DNA from: Octopus vulgaris
Taxonomy: Eukaryota
NCBI GenBank assembly: GCA_951406725.2
Contig: OX597815.1
Span: 35,546,001 to 35,608,000 of the forward strand
Direction of reading: 5' to 3'
DNA: 62,000 bases
This document shows positions 11,001-25,300 of the stretch, piece after piece (the first letter of the stretch is position 1; every line of letters begins with the position of its first letter). The notes beneath the pieces are model-generated. The model searched no databases, was not told the DNA's origin, and saw only the letters and a program-made list of their open reading frames with translations. A program made the position numbers and the translations under genes.

Positions 11001-13190
11001 CTGCTATTTCCAGTAGGGTAAGCAATTATGTAGAGGCCTTCATTCCTCTTTGGCTCACTTGTGATACTTGTGGCAGTGATGGTGAATTTAAGAAGTTAAT
11101 CTTTCAATTTATTAAAGTAAACAATTAAGTCTTCAAATGAACCACATGTTTGAGCAGTCAACATATATTATTAACAACTATTCCTTTCGCAGGCTGCCTA
11201 CCTACAGAAAGCTGGCTTGAAGGTTTGTGTCTTGGAGAAACGTCATGTAATTGGTGGAGCAGCTGTAACAGAGGAAATAATACCAGGTAAGTGTTTCATA
11301 TAATTAAACCTTAAGTAACTCATTGTTTTAATGTCTACCTTTTCCAGACATACATGGGAATTCATTGTGGCAGGTTTTCTACAACTAGTCACCTTGCCTG
11401 TCACCAACACTCAGCTGTTTCCAGGCAATTTTCCATACAGGGTTTACATATGTACATAACTGACAGGCCCCTGATATTAAATAAAATGCTAAGCACTTAT
11501 AGTATGGAAATTAATTGCTACAGCTTTGTATAGCTACTGGATTCGATGAGTATACAAACAGATTGGTTGCTTGTTTCTCTGGGATTGATCAAATTGATGT
11601 GGAAACTTCTAATGAGAACCCAATAATGAAGGCAGGAGAATACATCAGCCGAAACATTATGATGGCAACAAACAAGATGAGGACACCTATCAGTCCATTG
11701 TAAATAATAATGTACATAATTCCTCATCTCAAAAATATAGAATAGTATAATCAGTCCCAGTACTGGACTTTATTTATTGACCCTTGGCAGGGATGGAACT
11801 CAGAGTGCAGAAGACCAAAACAAATACCACTGCTGCTGCAACTATAACAACAACAACTGCAACTACTACTACAACTACTACTACTACTACTACATACCTT
11901 GTTTGTTGTCTCACCGTTGTTCTAAATTCTATTGTACTGGAGTTTATTTTGTGTCATTCCTACTTAATCTAATGAAATCAAGTCGGCAGATGATATAACT
12001 TCCTGCTTACAAAAATAAAAATGTTTCTAATCAAAGCAAGCAATTATTATATAATTCAATGTCCTTTTATGTAACCCCATGTACATTTGATGCCAAACTA
12101 GCCATGTAATTGATGCTACTCCTACTAATCATTCTAGGATTCAAGTTTTCCAGAGCTTCATATCTGCTGAGTTTGTTACGGCCACAGATTTACAAAGATT
12201 TGGAACTGAAGGTATATCATTTATATTCTTTTACTTGTTTCACTCATTGGACTACAGCCATGCTGGTGCACTGAAAGGTTTAGATGATCAAATCAACCCC
12301 AGTTCTTATTCATTTGTAGAAGTCTGGTACTTAAATTATGAGCCTCTTTTTGTTGATCCACTAAGGTTCAGGAATGTAAATAAACCAACACCTGTTGTTA
12401 ACAGTTGTGAAGTAGTGAGACAAACACAGGCACTCACACTCATATACATACATACATGGTTGGCGTTAGGAAGGGCATCAAGCTGTAGAAACTCTGCCAG
12501 ATCAAATTGGAGCCTGTGATGATGATGATGATGGTGGTGGTGAGAAAAATGTCAGAATTTTTTGTAAAAGTCCTTTTATTTCTTCATTATTATTATTATT
12601 AGCGCTTTTGTTCCTCTCAAGAACTTATAAAATACAATTTTGTGAATGTACAAACAGCTTGTTCATTTATATAAAACAGACGTTTTTTTGAGGGGGGATT
12701 GTTTAGAAGAGAACATTGTTTGTTTTTTTGGGGGTGAGGTTCCAAGACAATGGAGATGGATAGATATAAATATAGGTAGGTAGATAGGCTGACGGATATG
12801 AATGGGTAGAAGGAAAGAGAGAGAGAAAAGGTATCCACCTTCCTATTCACCATTCATTCATTTATTTAATTATTTTCCCCTTACCATTATATTGGAATGG
12901 GTTTAATGATGGTGACCACTTAAAAAAAAGAAAGAAAGAAAGGAAAAACAGGTGTGGTTTGGTCATCACTGAAAGTCTTTTTGCTTTCTTTCTATTTCTC
13001 TTCTTTCTTTTTCCTTTTTCCCTTTCTTCTTTTCATTTTTTTCCTTTTTCCTCCATTCTTTTTCTCCTCTTTGAGTTATATTTAGAATATACCCCTTCCA
13101 AACATTCATTTTTGGAGGGAAGTTTTTGATACATGAAAATACATTAGTATAATATTTGCAAATTAACAAATAAAATAAAACGAATATATA

Positions 13191-13221
<31 letters not shown>

Positions 13222-16200
13222 CTACGTAAAGCTAGAACATCCCAATGCTACACATATGTATCTGAACAGGTTTAGAGATGAGCTACATTTAGAATAAAGA
13301 ATTCAAATTCTCCATTTTACCTTCAAACATTCAATTTTAGGGAGGATTCCTTGATGAAGTGTGAGTGTGTGTGTGTGTGCATGTTTCCTTGTGTGTGTGT
13401 ATTTGGGAATATGTCCATGTTTATACTGTGTAACTTTGATCACACCTCTTTCAATTCCATGATTTTGCATTAGAAAACATTAGTATAACACTTACAAACA
13501 TACTGTCTCTGCTTTTCTTTCAAACATTCAACTTTGGAGAGAATTTTTTGATGAAATGTAGTTCCATTGCTTTTCGGTATTGCGGATCATCCCATGCACA
13601 TTTGTAAAAGGGAAAAATTTTGAATTTTCCATCGCCACATATTTCTAGATACTTACTTAATGGAATCTTGCGTAATTCCAGATGCTTACTTAATGGAATC
13701 TTCCTTAATTCTTCTTGTTGGATATGTTGCCTGTAGATTCTTGCACGTTGGCAGAGGGAATTATTTGCTTTGCCAATGTAATTTTCTTTGCAGTTTGGGC
13801 AGGTAATGTAGTATATGAGGTTTTGCGTTTTGCAGTTCATATTTATTTTAAAAAGGAATCTGATAGATGTATGTGTGTGTGTGGGTGGATGTGGCATGGC
13901 TGTGTGGTTAAGAAGCTTACTTCCCAACCATGTGGCCTTGGGTTCAGTCCCGCTGCACAACACTTTGGGTGTCTTTGCTAAAGTGGATTGGGTACATGGA
14001 AATTGAAAGAAATCTATCATGTGTGTGCGTCTGTGGTGGAGGTGCATGTGTATTTGTGTGTGTTTGCTCCCACAGCTGCTTGACAACTAGTGTTGGTTTG
14101 TTTATGTCCCTGTAATTTAGCCGTTCAGTAAAAGGGTCTAATACAATTAATACTGAAGTTAATTAATTCAGCTAAAACCAATCAGGGTGGTGTCCCAGCA
14201 TGGCCACAGTCCAATGACTGAAACAAGTAAAAGCTAAAATGTAACGATAAATAATATATACACACATATATCCATATGCGTGCATACATACATATATTTA
14301 TTCATTTATTTGTATTTATGACTAGCAGTATCACTCAGCGTTGCTTGGGTTTGTTTCGACCCTTTCGAATTGGAATTTTTGAAAAGTAAAAATTTAGCAT
14401 TATGTAGACAATGTATCCAACCATATCACAAAATAACTACATATCTGTATTACTAATATATTTAGCTTCTGCAAAGGCAATAAATTTACAAGAACTGTAA
14501 GAGCATTAGACACATCCATTGTGATATTTCATTACATCCTGTAATGACTTCACTTCAATTCCTTCTGAGAACAACTGTGCCTTTTGTCCTTTTCAGGTCA
14601 ATGGAATAAATTACTGGGGTAAATTTAATCAGCTATGCCTTCTCCAGAATGTATGGCATTGTACTAATGTTAGAAAGCAATATATTTAGGTTGTGCAATG
14701 AAAGTTTTAAATGAACAACTGGAAGTTGTGTGTTAAAATCATAACTAAGATTGTACAGAATTGAAAAAAATGGAAGGTGGGTTGATCACTTTTTAAATGC
14801 AAGCTTCGGAGCTTAAAATAATGAATTCAAACATTTTATTTCAACTACTTGATTATGTACATAGACAAGTTAAATATGAAGCTCATTTAAACAAGTTAAA
14901 TATGAAGTCATGCCCCATGTTTCACTGCCATGTAGCATGGCTGTTCATACACATGCATCATACAGTCTACCTTTTACTCTGAGCGAGAGGCCCTTTGTTA
15001 CCAGCAGAGGTAGGAGCTCTCTGAACTTTGTCCAGGCTATTCTGATTCTAGCAGCTACTCTTTCAGAGCATCCACCTTCTCACTACTGACTTGGTCATCT
15101 AGGTAACAGAAACTATCAAATACTAGTAGTTTTTCTCCCTGGAATGTGACAGAAGCTGTTCTCTGCACATTTTCAGTATTTATTGCTTCTGAGCATTTGC
15201 CACGTACAAAAACTATCTTCCCAATTAGCCTTCCTTTGATATTGCCGCACTTCTTAAATGCAAGCTTCAGAGTTTAAAATAATGAATTTAAGCATTTCCC
15301 TAAGATCAAGCAGGTCCATCTACCTGAAGGGATTTGTGGTTTGTCTGCCTTTCTACTTATTAAGATTTTGGTTTTAGCTAGGTTGACTCTAAGGTCCTTC
15401 GATTCTAATCCTTGCTTCCACACTTGAAACTTCTCCTCTAGTTCTGATAGTGACTCAGCAATTAGAGCAAGGTCATCAGCATAGAGGAGCTCCCAGGGGC
15501 ATCCTGTCTTGAATTCCTCTGTTATTGCCTGGAGGACTATGATGAATAAGAGGGGGCTGAGGACTGATCCTTGGTGGACCCCTACCCCTACCCAGAATTC
15601 TTCACTGTATTTGTTGCCAACTCTCACCTTACTGACAGCATCCCTGTACATGGCTTGCACAGCTCTCACTAACCATTCATCTATCCCTAGTTTTCTCATT
15701 AACCACCAGATAAGGGGATCGGGGGAACCTGTCAAAGGTTTTCTCCATGTCAACAAAAGCCAGGTACAGAGGCTTATCTTTGGCTAGGTATTTCTCCTGC
15801 AGCTGTCTTACCAGAAATGTAGCATCAGTAATGCTTTTCCCTGGCATGAACCCAAACTGCATCTCATCTAGGCTGACTCTTTCCCTAATTAGTTGGGCTA
15901 TGACCCTCTCTGTGACCTTCATTACCTGATCCAACAACTTGATCCCTCTGTAATTATTTGTATCTAATGTGTCACCTTTACCTTTGTAGCAGTTGACTAT
16001 GATGCTGCTACACCAGTCATTGGGTATGACTCCTTCTTGTATCACTTGGTTGACTATATGGGTGACTAGGCTATAGCCAACACCGCCAGATATTTCGAGC
16101 ATCTCTGCAAATGATTCCTAATGGGCTGGGGGCTTTCCCTGTCTTCATACCCTTAATTGCTTTATCTACTAAGGTATTGTCAATTTGGATGGCTGGTGCC

Positions 16201-17606
16201 TCTGTTGGGTTGGCATTCAGCAGACTCTCTTTTTCCCATTCATTCACTTTATTTAGTAACCTTTCATAGTGGTATCTCCAAACCTCTCTCTTTGCAGCCT
16301 CGTTTAATGCAAATGAACCATCATCCATGACATCACAATTCTCTCTCACATAGTCTTGCAACACAAAATAGGTCAAGTCTTTGGTACTCATGGTACAGAA
16401 CATTGGCAAATTTTTTTTTATCTGCTTCCCCTCTGGCTAAATAAACCTGTCTCCTAGCTCCCCTTCAGGCAGTCTGATACAATATATATATATAGATTAT
16501 AATAAGAGATATATACATGCATATGTAGTTTATGTATGTTTAGTTCTGGTATGTTGATGTAGTTTATATATATATTTAGATTTGGTAGGTGTATGTTTTG
16601 ATGTCATATGTCTGCACTGCATACTCACAAATAGAGATGACATAATGATTGTGTAATTTTATCTAGTGCAAATAAATTGCCAATTTTCATTTCATCAGCT
16701 ATACTACAATGCATTATAACATACAATTTGCATACATCAACTGTCAAGCTAAGCTGCTACCATTTAATTGTTGTAACAGCAGCCAAAACCACTGTGACTT
16801 GAAACTAAGAAGGAAGATAGTAAGCACATATTCAAGCACAGATAAATACTAGCCACAGGAGAATGTAAGAAATTAAGAATGGTAGTCTGTATCACTATCA
16901 CATAATGTCAAAAATTTAGGTAGCAACACTTGGTGCTGAGTTGTTATTTTCATATCCTGTTCAATATTTACAAAACGGGTCTCCTGTTCTAAATTTACTT
17001 TACATTTCTTTCAATATTTATAAATAAAGTGTATAGTTATTTAAACATTAAGGTGTTTATTTCCAAGAAACTATTATCTTGTCCATAATCTTCTTTGCAC
17101 TCTGTATTCAAAACCACAGTTTACAAATCCTGTATGAGTATAAATAAAGAGGTTTTTAACTACATTCATAAGTTTTCTGAAGACAGCATCAAATTTTAAT
17201 GTAAACATAACTTTATTCTTTCATTTCTTTTTCCAGAAATATGGGTTAAAGATCTTTCTAAGAAATCCAAGTTCTTACACACCGTTGTTGCAACCAAATA
17301 GTTCAAATCCCAAAGCTAAATCTCTCACACTGGGACGAGATGGCCACCTTAATAAACTGCAAATTGCTCAGTTCTCTCAATCTGATGCTGAGGTAAAGAA
17401 TCATAAATTCATTTATTGTAAACACAAATATGTTTTATAAATCTATGTAACATAATAATGAAGGTTTATTAAATGAAGGTTCATAAAATGCATCTTCATT
17501 CAAATTTTTGCACCTATATTATGAAGATATTTTTCATCTTCAATTCCAGTCAACATTTACAAAACAATATTTCACAAACATTTCTAACAAAGGTATAATA
17601 CTGTGA

Positions 17607-17654
<48 letters not shown>

Positions 17655-19150
17655 TTATATTTATTTACAAATATTTCAGAAATTTGAAAGATATGAAGAG
17701 CAATTACAAAGAATTGTGGATTCTCTGGATCCTTTGTTAGATAATCCTGCTCTACATTTACCAACTTTCAATGAAAGAGGGATTAAGAAATACATAGAAT
17801 TATGGTCATCCTTGAATTCTTTTGGAAAGTCTAGTAAGTTGTCTGTGTTATTCTTTTACTAGTTTCACTCATTAGTCTGTGGCCATGCTGGGGCAAATCC
17901 TCAAATGGGGTAGTTGATTATATCAACACTAGTATTTGGGAGATATATTATTTCATTGGCTTCAGAAGTACAAAAGGTTAAGCTGGTCTCAACTAAATTT
18001 GAAATCAGAATCTAAAGGGACAATATACCACAAATTATTCTGTCTGATATTCTCTCAAATTTGATAATATTTCTGATATTATGTTTCTAAATATTTAATA
18101 TGGGTCTTTTTTTACCCGCCTTTTATCATAAGCCATGGTGTTGGTTTTCTATATCCCTTTAAGTTTATACCACCTCCACAATAATCTACAGTTTCTCTAT
18201 TAAGAAAGAAAGATATATGGCAGTTCAATATCTGCTTCAATGACATGAAAAAATGGTTTAAAATATAAGAATCCTTTTGTTTTATTTGGGTTTTTTTTAT
18301 TTACTGGTAAAAGGTAAGATAGTATCTTCAAGAGTTTTAATGTATTGATGAGATGCAGTTTGGTTTTGTACCTGGAAAGAGTACCACAGATGCAGTAAGA
18401 CAGCTGCAGGAAAGGTACTTGGCCAAAAGTAAGCCTTTGTCAACCTGGAGAAAGCTTTCAACAGAGTTCTCAGCTTTGTTATATGGTGGTCTCTAAAGAA
18501 GTTAGGAGTTGAGGAGTAGCTTGTTAGAGCTGTACAAGCCATGTACATTGGTGCTGTCAGTAAGGTGAGAGTTAGCCATGAATACAGTGATGAATTTAGC
18601 ATACAGGTAGGGAGTCACCAGGGCTCAGTTCTCAGCCCACTCTTATTCATTATAGTCCTTCAGGCCATAACAGAGGAATTCAAAACTGTGCCCATAGGAA
18701 CTGTTATATGCTGATGACCTTGCTCTTATTGCAAAATCTTTAGCAGAATTGGAGAAGAAATTCCAGATATGGAAACAAAACCTGGAATAAAAGGGCCTTA
18801 AAGTTAACCTAGCAAAGACCAAAGTTGTTAGTAAGAAAGAAGATAAAACTCTCTTTCCATCGGGTAAATGGCCCTGCTCAATATGTAGGAAAGAAGTTGG
18901 AAGAAACTATGGACACATAAGAGGTGCAGTGGAATCACAGGTACATTAACAGATAAAGTTGTCTTTACAGTTCTATATTTAAGAGATGAGGAATTATGTA
19001 CATTATTTACAATTGACGGATATTTGTCCTCATCTTGTTTGTCGTTAACACAACGTTTCGGCTGATATACCCTCCAGCCTTCATCAGGTGTCTTGGGGAA
19101 ATTTCGAACCTGAGTTCTCATTCCTAAGGTATTTTTCGAAGTTGTTGTTG

Positions 19151-19219
<69 letters not shown>

Positions 19220-19298
19220 TCACTGCCTGGAATCGAACTTGGAATCTTGTTGTTAGTAGCCGGTGCTCTTAACCACTATGCCATATACTAAGTAGTGA

Positions 19299-19340
<42 letters not shown>

Positions 19341-22300
19341 TAACAACAACAACAACAATGTAAATAATGGTGAAAATACCTTTGTTGTTTATTAGCCACT
19401 TCACTTTTGTAGGAATACTAAATACCCACATACATACACACACACACACATATATATATATAGAGAGAGACAGACAGACAGACAGACAGATATCATAAGA
19501 GTGGGTTTAATAATAATTTCTAACTTAGAAACAAATACTGACATGAATTCAAATACCATTTCAGTTCAGAAATGCAAGGCCCAAAACTCGAAACTACTTA
19601 CAATGAAACATTGTGTTATGTTGATTTCAAATTTTGGCACAAGGCCAGCAATTTCAGAGGAGATAAGTTGATGTAAACCTCCCTTCATTGGACACTAAAT
19701 TCTGCTTGCGAAGACCTGTTGGGGCAAGTGAAATCGAAATTTTAAACTCAGAACATAAAGACAGACAGTATACTACTAAGCATTTAGGCCAGCTGGCTAA
19801 TGATTCTGCCAGCTTGCAAAGAAAAGGGTAAGGGGAAAATAATGGTGGCATATTGAATGTTGTTGGGGTTTTTGATACTCTGACAATATCATCAAACATT
19901 AATTTGCATATCTCCATTCTACAGTCATGGACTGATCCTGTGCAGGTGGCACGTAAAAACTTATACATTTGGCAAGTAGGTTGCTAAAACCCAAGATGAG
20001 CAAACACAAATACATGGTAGACAAAAGCTAAAAGACCGTGACCATGCTCGGAGTGGTTGGCGTTAGGAAGGGCATCCAGCTGTAGAAACTCTGCCAGATC
20101 AGATTGGAGCCTGGTGCAGCCATCTTGTTTGCCAGTCCTCAGTCAAATTGTCCAACCAATGCTAGCATGGAAAGTGGACATTAAACGATGATGATGATAA
20201 TATACAAGGGGCTTCTTTCAGTTTCCATTTCCCAAATCCATTCACAAGGCTTTAGTTGGCTTGGGGCCAAAATAGAATACACTTACTCAAGGTGCCTCAT
20301 AGTGGGACTGAACCCAGAAACTTATGGTTAGGAAGCAATCCTCTTACACACAACCACAAACAAATAATTTTTTTATTTTAACCAATTACACTAAATATTT
20401 TCTCTTTTGAAATGTCAACATTTTGTTCTATTTTTAGTAAAACAACTGAAACATGATAAAACAGCACTTCTCGAGTTAATGACAGCCCCTGCTTCCAAGG
20501 TTAGTTTCACTCAATGTCTTGTTTTCATTTGTCCAACAAATTTTCTGCTTGGAAAATGTTGAGAACCAAGAGGGCTGTCCACACTGATTCTATCATGTTT
20601 GAAAAAATGTGATTGTCTCTTTTTTTTCTGTGTGTGTGTGTGTGTGTGTGTGAAGTACCAATGGTCCTCATAAATATCCACTAGACTGGGGAAATATATA
20701 CAACTGATGTTCAGTTTCAACTTGTGTAGGTTAATGCCCGTAGAAAAACAATGGATTGAGAAAACGTTCTCAGGGGTCTGCAGTTCTTGGGAGGAATAAC
20801 TAGTAAAAGTGTTTATGGGGAAGATTGGGATACACAGAATGGTGAACGAGAGAAGAAGAATTGATGCATTCAGTGGATTAGGCAATGGTGGTACGAAGCT
20901 TGTTAATTAAGAAGGGGAGAAACTATTGAAATAGTGGCAGAGGATATGGATAGAAAAACATGTCTGATTGTAAATTAGTTTTCTGCAGTCGATCAAATGA
21001 CCTTCTTTTATATATGTTCTAGAATGTTGTATTGTGTGGAACAGCCCCATTCTCAATATGTAAACATTGGAGTCTTGTTTGTGCTTTGTAGAAGATTAGC
21101 TACTGATCAGAGCTAAAGTGCATCTTAGCTCTGAAGATGTGTCATAGTCTTTAGGATGTTGATTTAATAATGTTGTATATGTGGTTACCATAGTAAATTA
21201 CCAGAGACAACAATGTGTTACATTTGTTGCAACTTTGAGAGTTTTAGTTGTGTGTTGTTTAAAGTTAGGTGGTGCAATGTTGCAAGAGTGTTTTCTTGAC
21301 ATGTGAGTGAGTGTTTTAAGTCAGCTGTAGGAAATTAGGTTGCGAGTCTCTGCCTGCTAGAAAATATCTAAGCACCCACTACACTCTCAGAGTGGTTGGC
21401 ATTAGGAAGGGCATCCAGCTGTAGAAACTCTGCCAGATTAAGATTGGAGCCTGGTGCAGCCATCTGGTTTGCCAGCCCTCAGTCAAATTGTCCAACCCAT
21501 GCTAGCATGGAAAGCGGATGTTAGACGAAGATGATGATGATGATGATGACTTCTATTTATGGAAATATTGAATATCTTTCATGGTGTGCTTAAATCCTGG
21601 ACAGAAAGTTAAAGGGAAATAGAAAATTATACCATTGGGTAGAGATTTGTAAGAAGTAGGAGGAAATAATTTCACAAAAGGAATTACGTTACCAGTGTTA
21701 AATGAATGTTAGAGAGAGCCTCAGTATAAACTGTGATGATGTAATGTTTCTGATAGACCCATTTGTCAGAAACTTTGGAGGAGCTGATGTCAGACTGTGT
21801 CGATGTTTTTTGGCAAATTTCACCTAAGTTCTGAATGAGAAGAGCCTCCTGGTGTGTGACAGGGAAAGAAGTCTCAGATAGATATGATTCCACAGAAGCC
21901 ATATTGTTAGTCACAGATGAATAATCCTCTCATCAACGATCAACAGTGATCTTTTTTCTTTTTGTCAATTTCCAAATGTGTATTCTGACTTCTTTACCCT
22001 GGGGTACACCTTGACTTAACACTACCCTAGCTATCATTAATACTCAGTCCCAAAGGCGGCAAGCTAGCAGAAATGTTAGCACACCAGACAAAAGGCTTAG
22101 TTGTATTTCACCTGCCATTATGTTCTGAGTTCAAATTCCGCTGAGGTTGACTTTGCCTTTCATCCTTTCAGGGTCATTAAATTAAGTACCAGTTACTCAC
22201 TGGGGTTGATGTAATCGACTTAATCCATTTATCTGTCCTTGTTTGTCTCCTCTATGTTTAGCCCCTTGTGGGTAATAAAGAAATATAATCCCCAGTCCCA

Positions 22301-25300
22301 AACTTATTGTATCAATTCTACTTTATATATTTGTTCTACAATCTCTGTTTACTATATACGACTTAACTTATTTCTATTTAATTACTCCTAGTTTATCTAG
22401 TTCGGGTTTTTATGTGAATTAAAATTACTAGGTCTGCCTTGATCTTCTTGTACCATTCCTTCTTAAACCAGCCTCACAATTATTTGATGACATTGATACT
22501 TTCAGGTTTTGAATAAATGGTTTGAATCAGAACCCCTGAAAGCCAGTTTGGCAACTGATGCTGTGATTGGATCAATGACCAGTCCTCATCATTCAGGTAG
22601 TGGGTAAGTCAATAGCTTCATTTATTCCTATCATCATTAGTTATTTCTATTCAACAAAACCAAAGGTAGCTGAAAAACACCATAACAAGTGAGACAGGTT
22701 TGTTTTAATAGATATGTGCATACATATGTAGCAGTTCTTGCATGCATGAAGTGGATTCGATCCACCACAGCCAAATTTAAATTAACGCTGCCACAGAACT
22801 TTTCCCATGGTGGAACAATGGTTTTTCTCTGACAGCAGTTTTACATTTTCCAGATGCCTTTAGCTAAGCCGAAATAATGTCTTCATCACTTGACTCTTTC
22901 TAACCTCTTCTACTTCACCAAAAGCTAGAATAGAGATAACACGACTACCAACTAAATCTATTGTTTTCAATGAAATATCTATCCTTCTGGATAGTTATAT
23001 AAGCAAGCACACCCCAAAATCAGTTAGTCACAGTCGGTGATGACTCAACAAAGTCTGGCTGACCAGCTAGAACCTTGGTCTGAGGGAGAAATGAAGTTTA
23101 CTGTCAGCAACTGTGAGACAACGTCCCTCATCTTACAATTCTCATTAGCTCTGATTCTGCTCTCTTACAACATCATTCTATCTCTCTCTGTAATTACTAC
23201 TACTAAACAATGAAGAGGATACAAACACAAACTTTACTTTGCATACTTTTGGATTTAGCATAACCTGCCTGTCGAGGCAAGGTATTTGTTACATAACGGT
23301 AAATGAATATTTCCTTTATACTTCATGCATTGTTCATCTTTCACATCCTACAGCAAGCAATTATAACAACAAATTATTACCGTTACACATATATCACAAT
23401 TTATTTTTTAATCAATGTTCAAGCTGTATCCATTCTGCTTTGGTTTCAGAGGAATGTGTATTGGACTGCAATTTGTGTTTCCTTTCTTAAATAATGTGGC
23501 TTAGTTGTGAAGGCACATGGCTTAGTGGTTGGGTTATTTGCTCACAATCGTATGGTCATGTGTTCAATTCCTAATAGTGCATTATGTCCTTGAGCAAGAC
23601 ACTTTATTTCATGCTGTTCCAATCCACTCATCTGGAAAAACTTAGTTTTACCTGTAATCCAAGAGGCCAGCCTTGTCACACTCTGTGTCATGTTGAATCT
23701 CCCTGAGAAATATGTTAAGGGTACATGTGTCTGTGGAGTACTCAGCCATTTGCATGTTAATTTCATTGAGCAGATCAACTGCAATATTCATCATCATAAC
23801 CGATGGAGTGCCAGTTAGTTAAAGTGGTGTAAGGAAAAAGAGGTTTGACAATTACAGCAACATGTTGTGTAGCTACATAAAGATTCCATCACTAGTTGTT
23901 AAATGCCCATTCCTACTTTCCAGAAATGTAGTGGTTGATTAATTAAAGTTCTGTCTTACTGACCTGGAGATGCTCAATTCAAAATAACTCATAGAAATCA
24001 ATAGCCATATCATTTTAAATACTTATTGAAATATCTCTCTGAACTGTGAAGTCAGTCTTTCACTTAAATTCCCTAAAGAAGGTAGAGTAATCTATCTTGC
24101 CTGTTATTACAACAACAGACTTTACACTCTGTTTACTCTCTTTTACTTGTTTCAGTCATTTGACTGCAGCCATGCTGGAGCACCGCCTTTAGTTGAGCAA
24201 ATCGACCTGGGACTTATTCTTTGTAAGCCCAGTACTTATTCTATCGGTCTCTTTTGCCGAACCACTAAGTGACAGGGACGTAAACACACCAGCATCGGTT
24301 GTCAAGCAATGCTAGAGGGACAAACACAGACACACAAATATATACACACACATACATGCTGGCAGAAACCTTAGCACGCCGGGCGAAATGTGTAGCCGTA
24401 TTTCGTCTGCCATTACGTTCTGGGTTCAAATTCCGCCAAGGTCGACTTTGCCTTTCATTCTTTCGGGGTCGATAAATTAAGTATCAGTTACGCACTGGGG
24501 TCGATGTAATTGACTTAATCCGTTTGTCTGTCCTTGTTTGTCCCCACTGTGTTTAGCCCCTTGTGGGTAGTAAAGAAATATATATATACATATATACGAC
24601 AGGCTTCTCTCAGTTTCCATCTACCAAATCCACTCACAAGGCTTTGGTTGGCCCGAGGCTATAGCAGAAGACACTTGCCCAAGATGCCACGCTGTGGGAC
24701 TGAACCCAAAACCATGTGGCTGGTTAGCAAGCTACTTACCACACAGCCACTCCTGTGCCTGTTTACATTTATATGCCATTTGGTAGCCAAGTGGCTTACA
24801 TTTTCAATATTCGCACAACAATCAGAATAATTTTTTTGCCTAGTTACAGAGAAAATTTTGACAACAGATTTAGATACATCAAAACAATTTTTTGTATAAT
24901 TCGCTTTTGTCTGCTGAGGCCTTTTTGGTCAATATGACATTTTTAAATGGTAAAAACAGTCTCCTTCTCCTTACATTACTGCTATTAGAAAATGTGATTG
25001 CACATTGAAATTGATCTCAGTTTTTATGGCTTTAAGCTATTGCATGGTATTTCTTCCTTCATATAAACTACTAGTTTGTTCTAAGGTTGACTTGTGGCTA
25101 AATTCGACATATGCATCGCTAGTAGCCAACAAGACCCTCATCAATTATATATATGTTCTTACTGTTTACAGTGTTGTTGTTGTTGTTGTTAAGCAACAAA
25201 ATGGGTAAGGGTGATTAGGTGATAATCTAGGGCTTTGTGGCGGGAAACCCCAGACCTTGAAGGAAAAAAAAAATTTGGTCGTCTTGTTGTAGTCGAGGGC

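Noticed and set aside
11515-11703. Track ORF with [11 protein letters not shown], superficially like PYROXD2 exon 6
   Set aside because: Out of order (between exons 3 and 4), the real exon 6 is at 17680-17833, and most of the ORF is the decayed hammerhead/PLE tail.
20600-21360. Possible very old Penelope-like remnant on the minus strand
   Set aside because: Only vague resemblance with many stops; no motif could be read with confidence.
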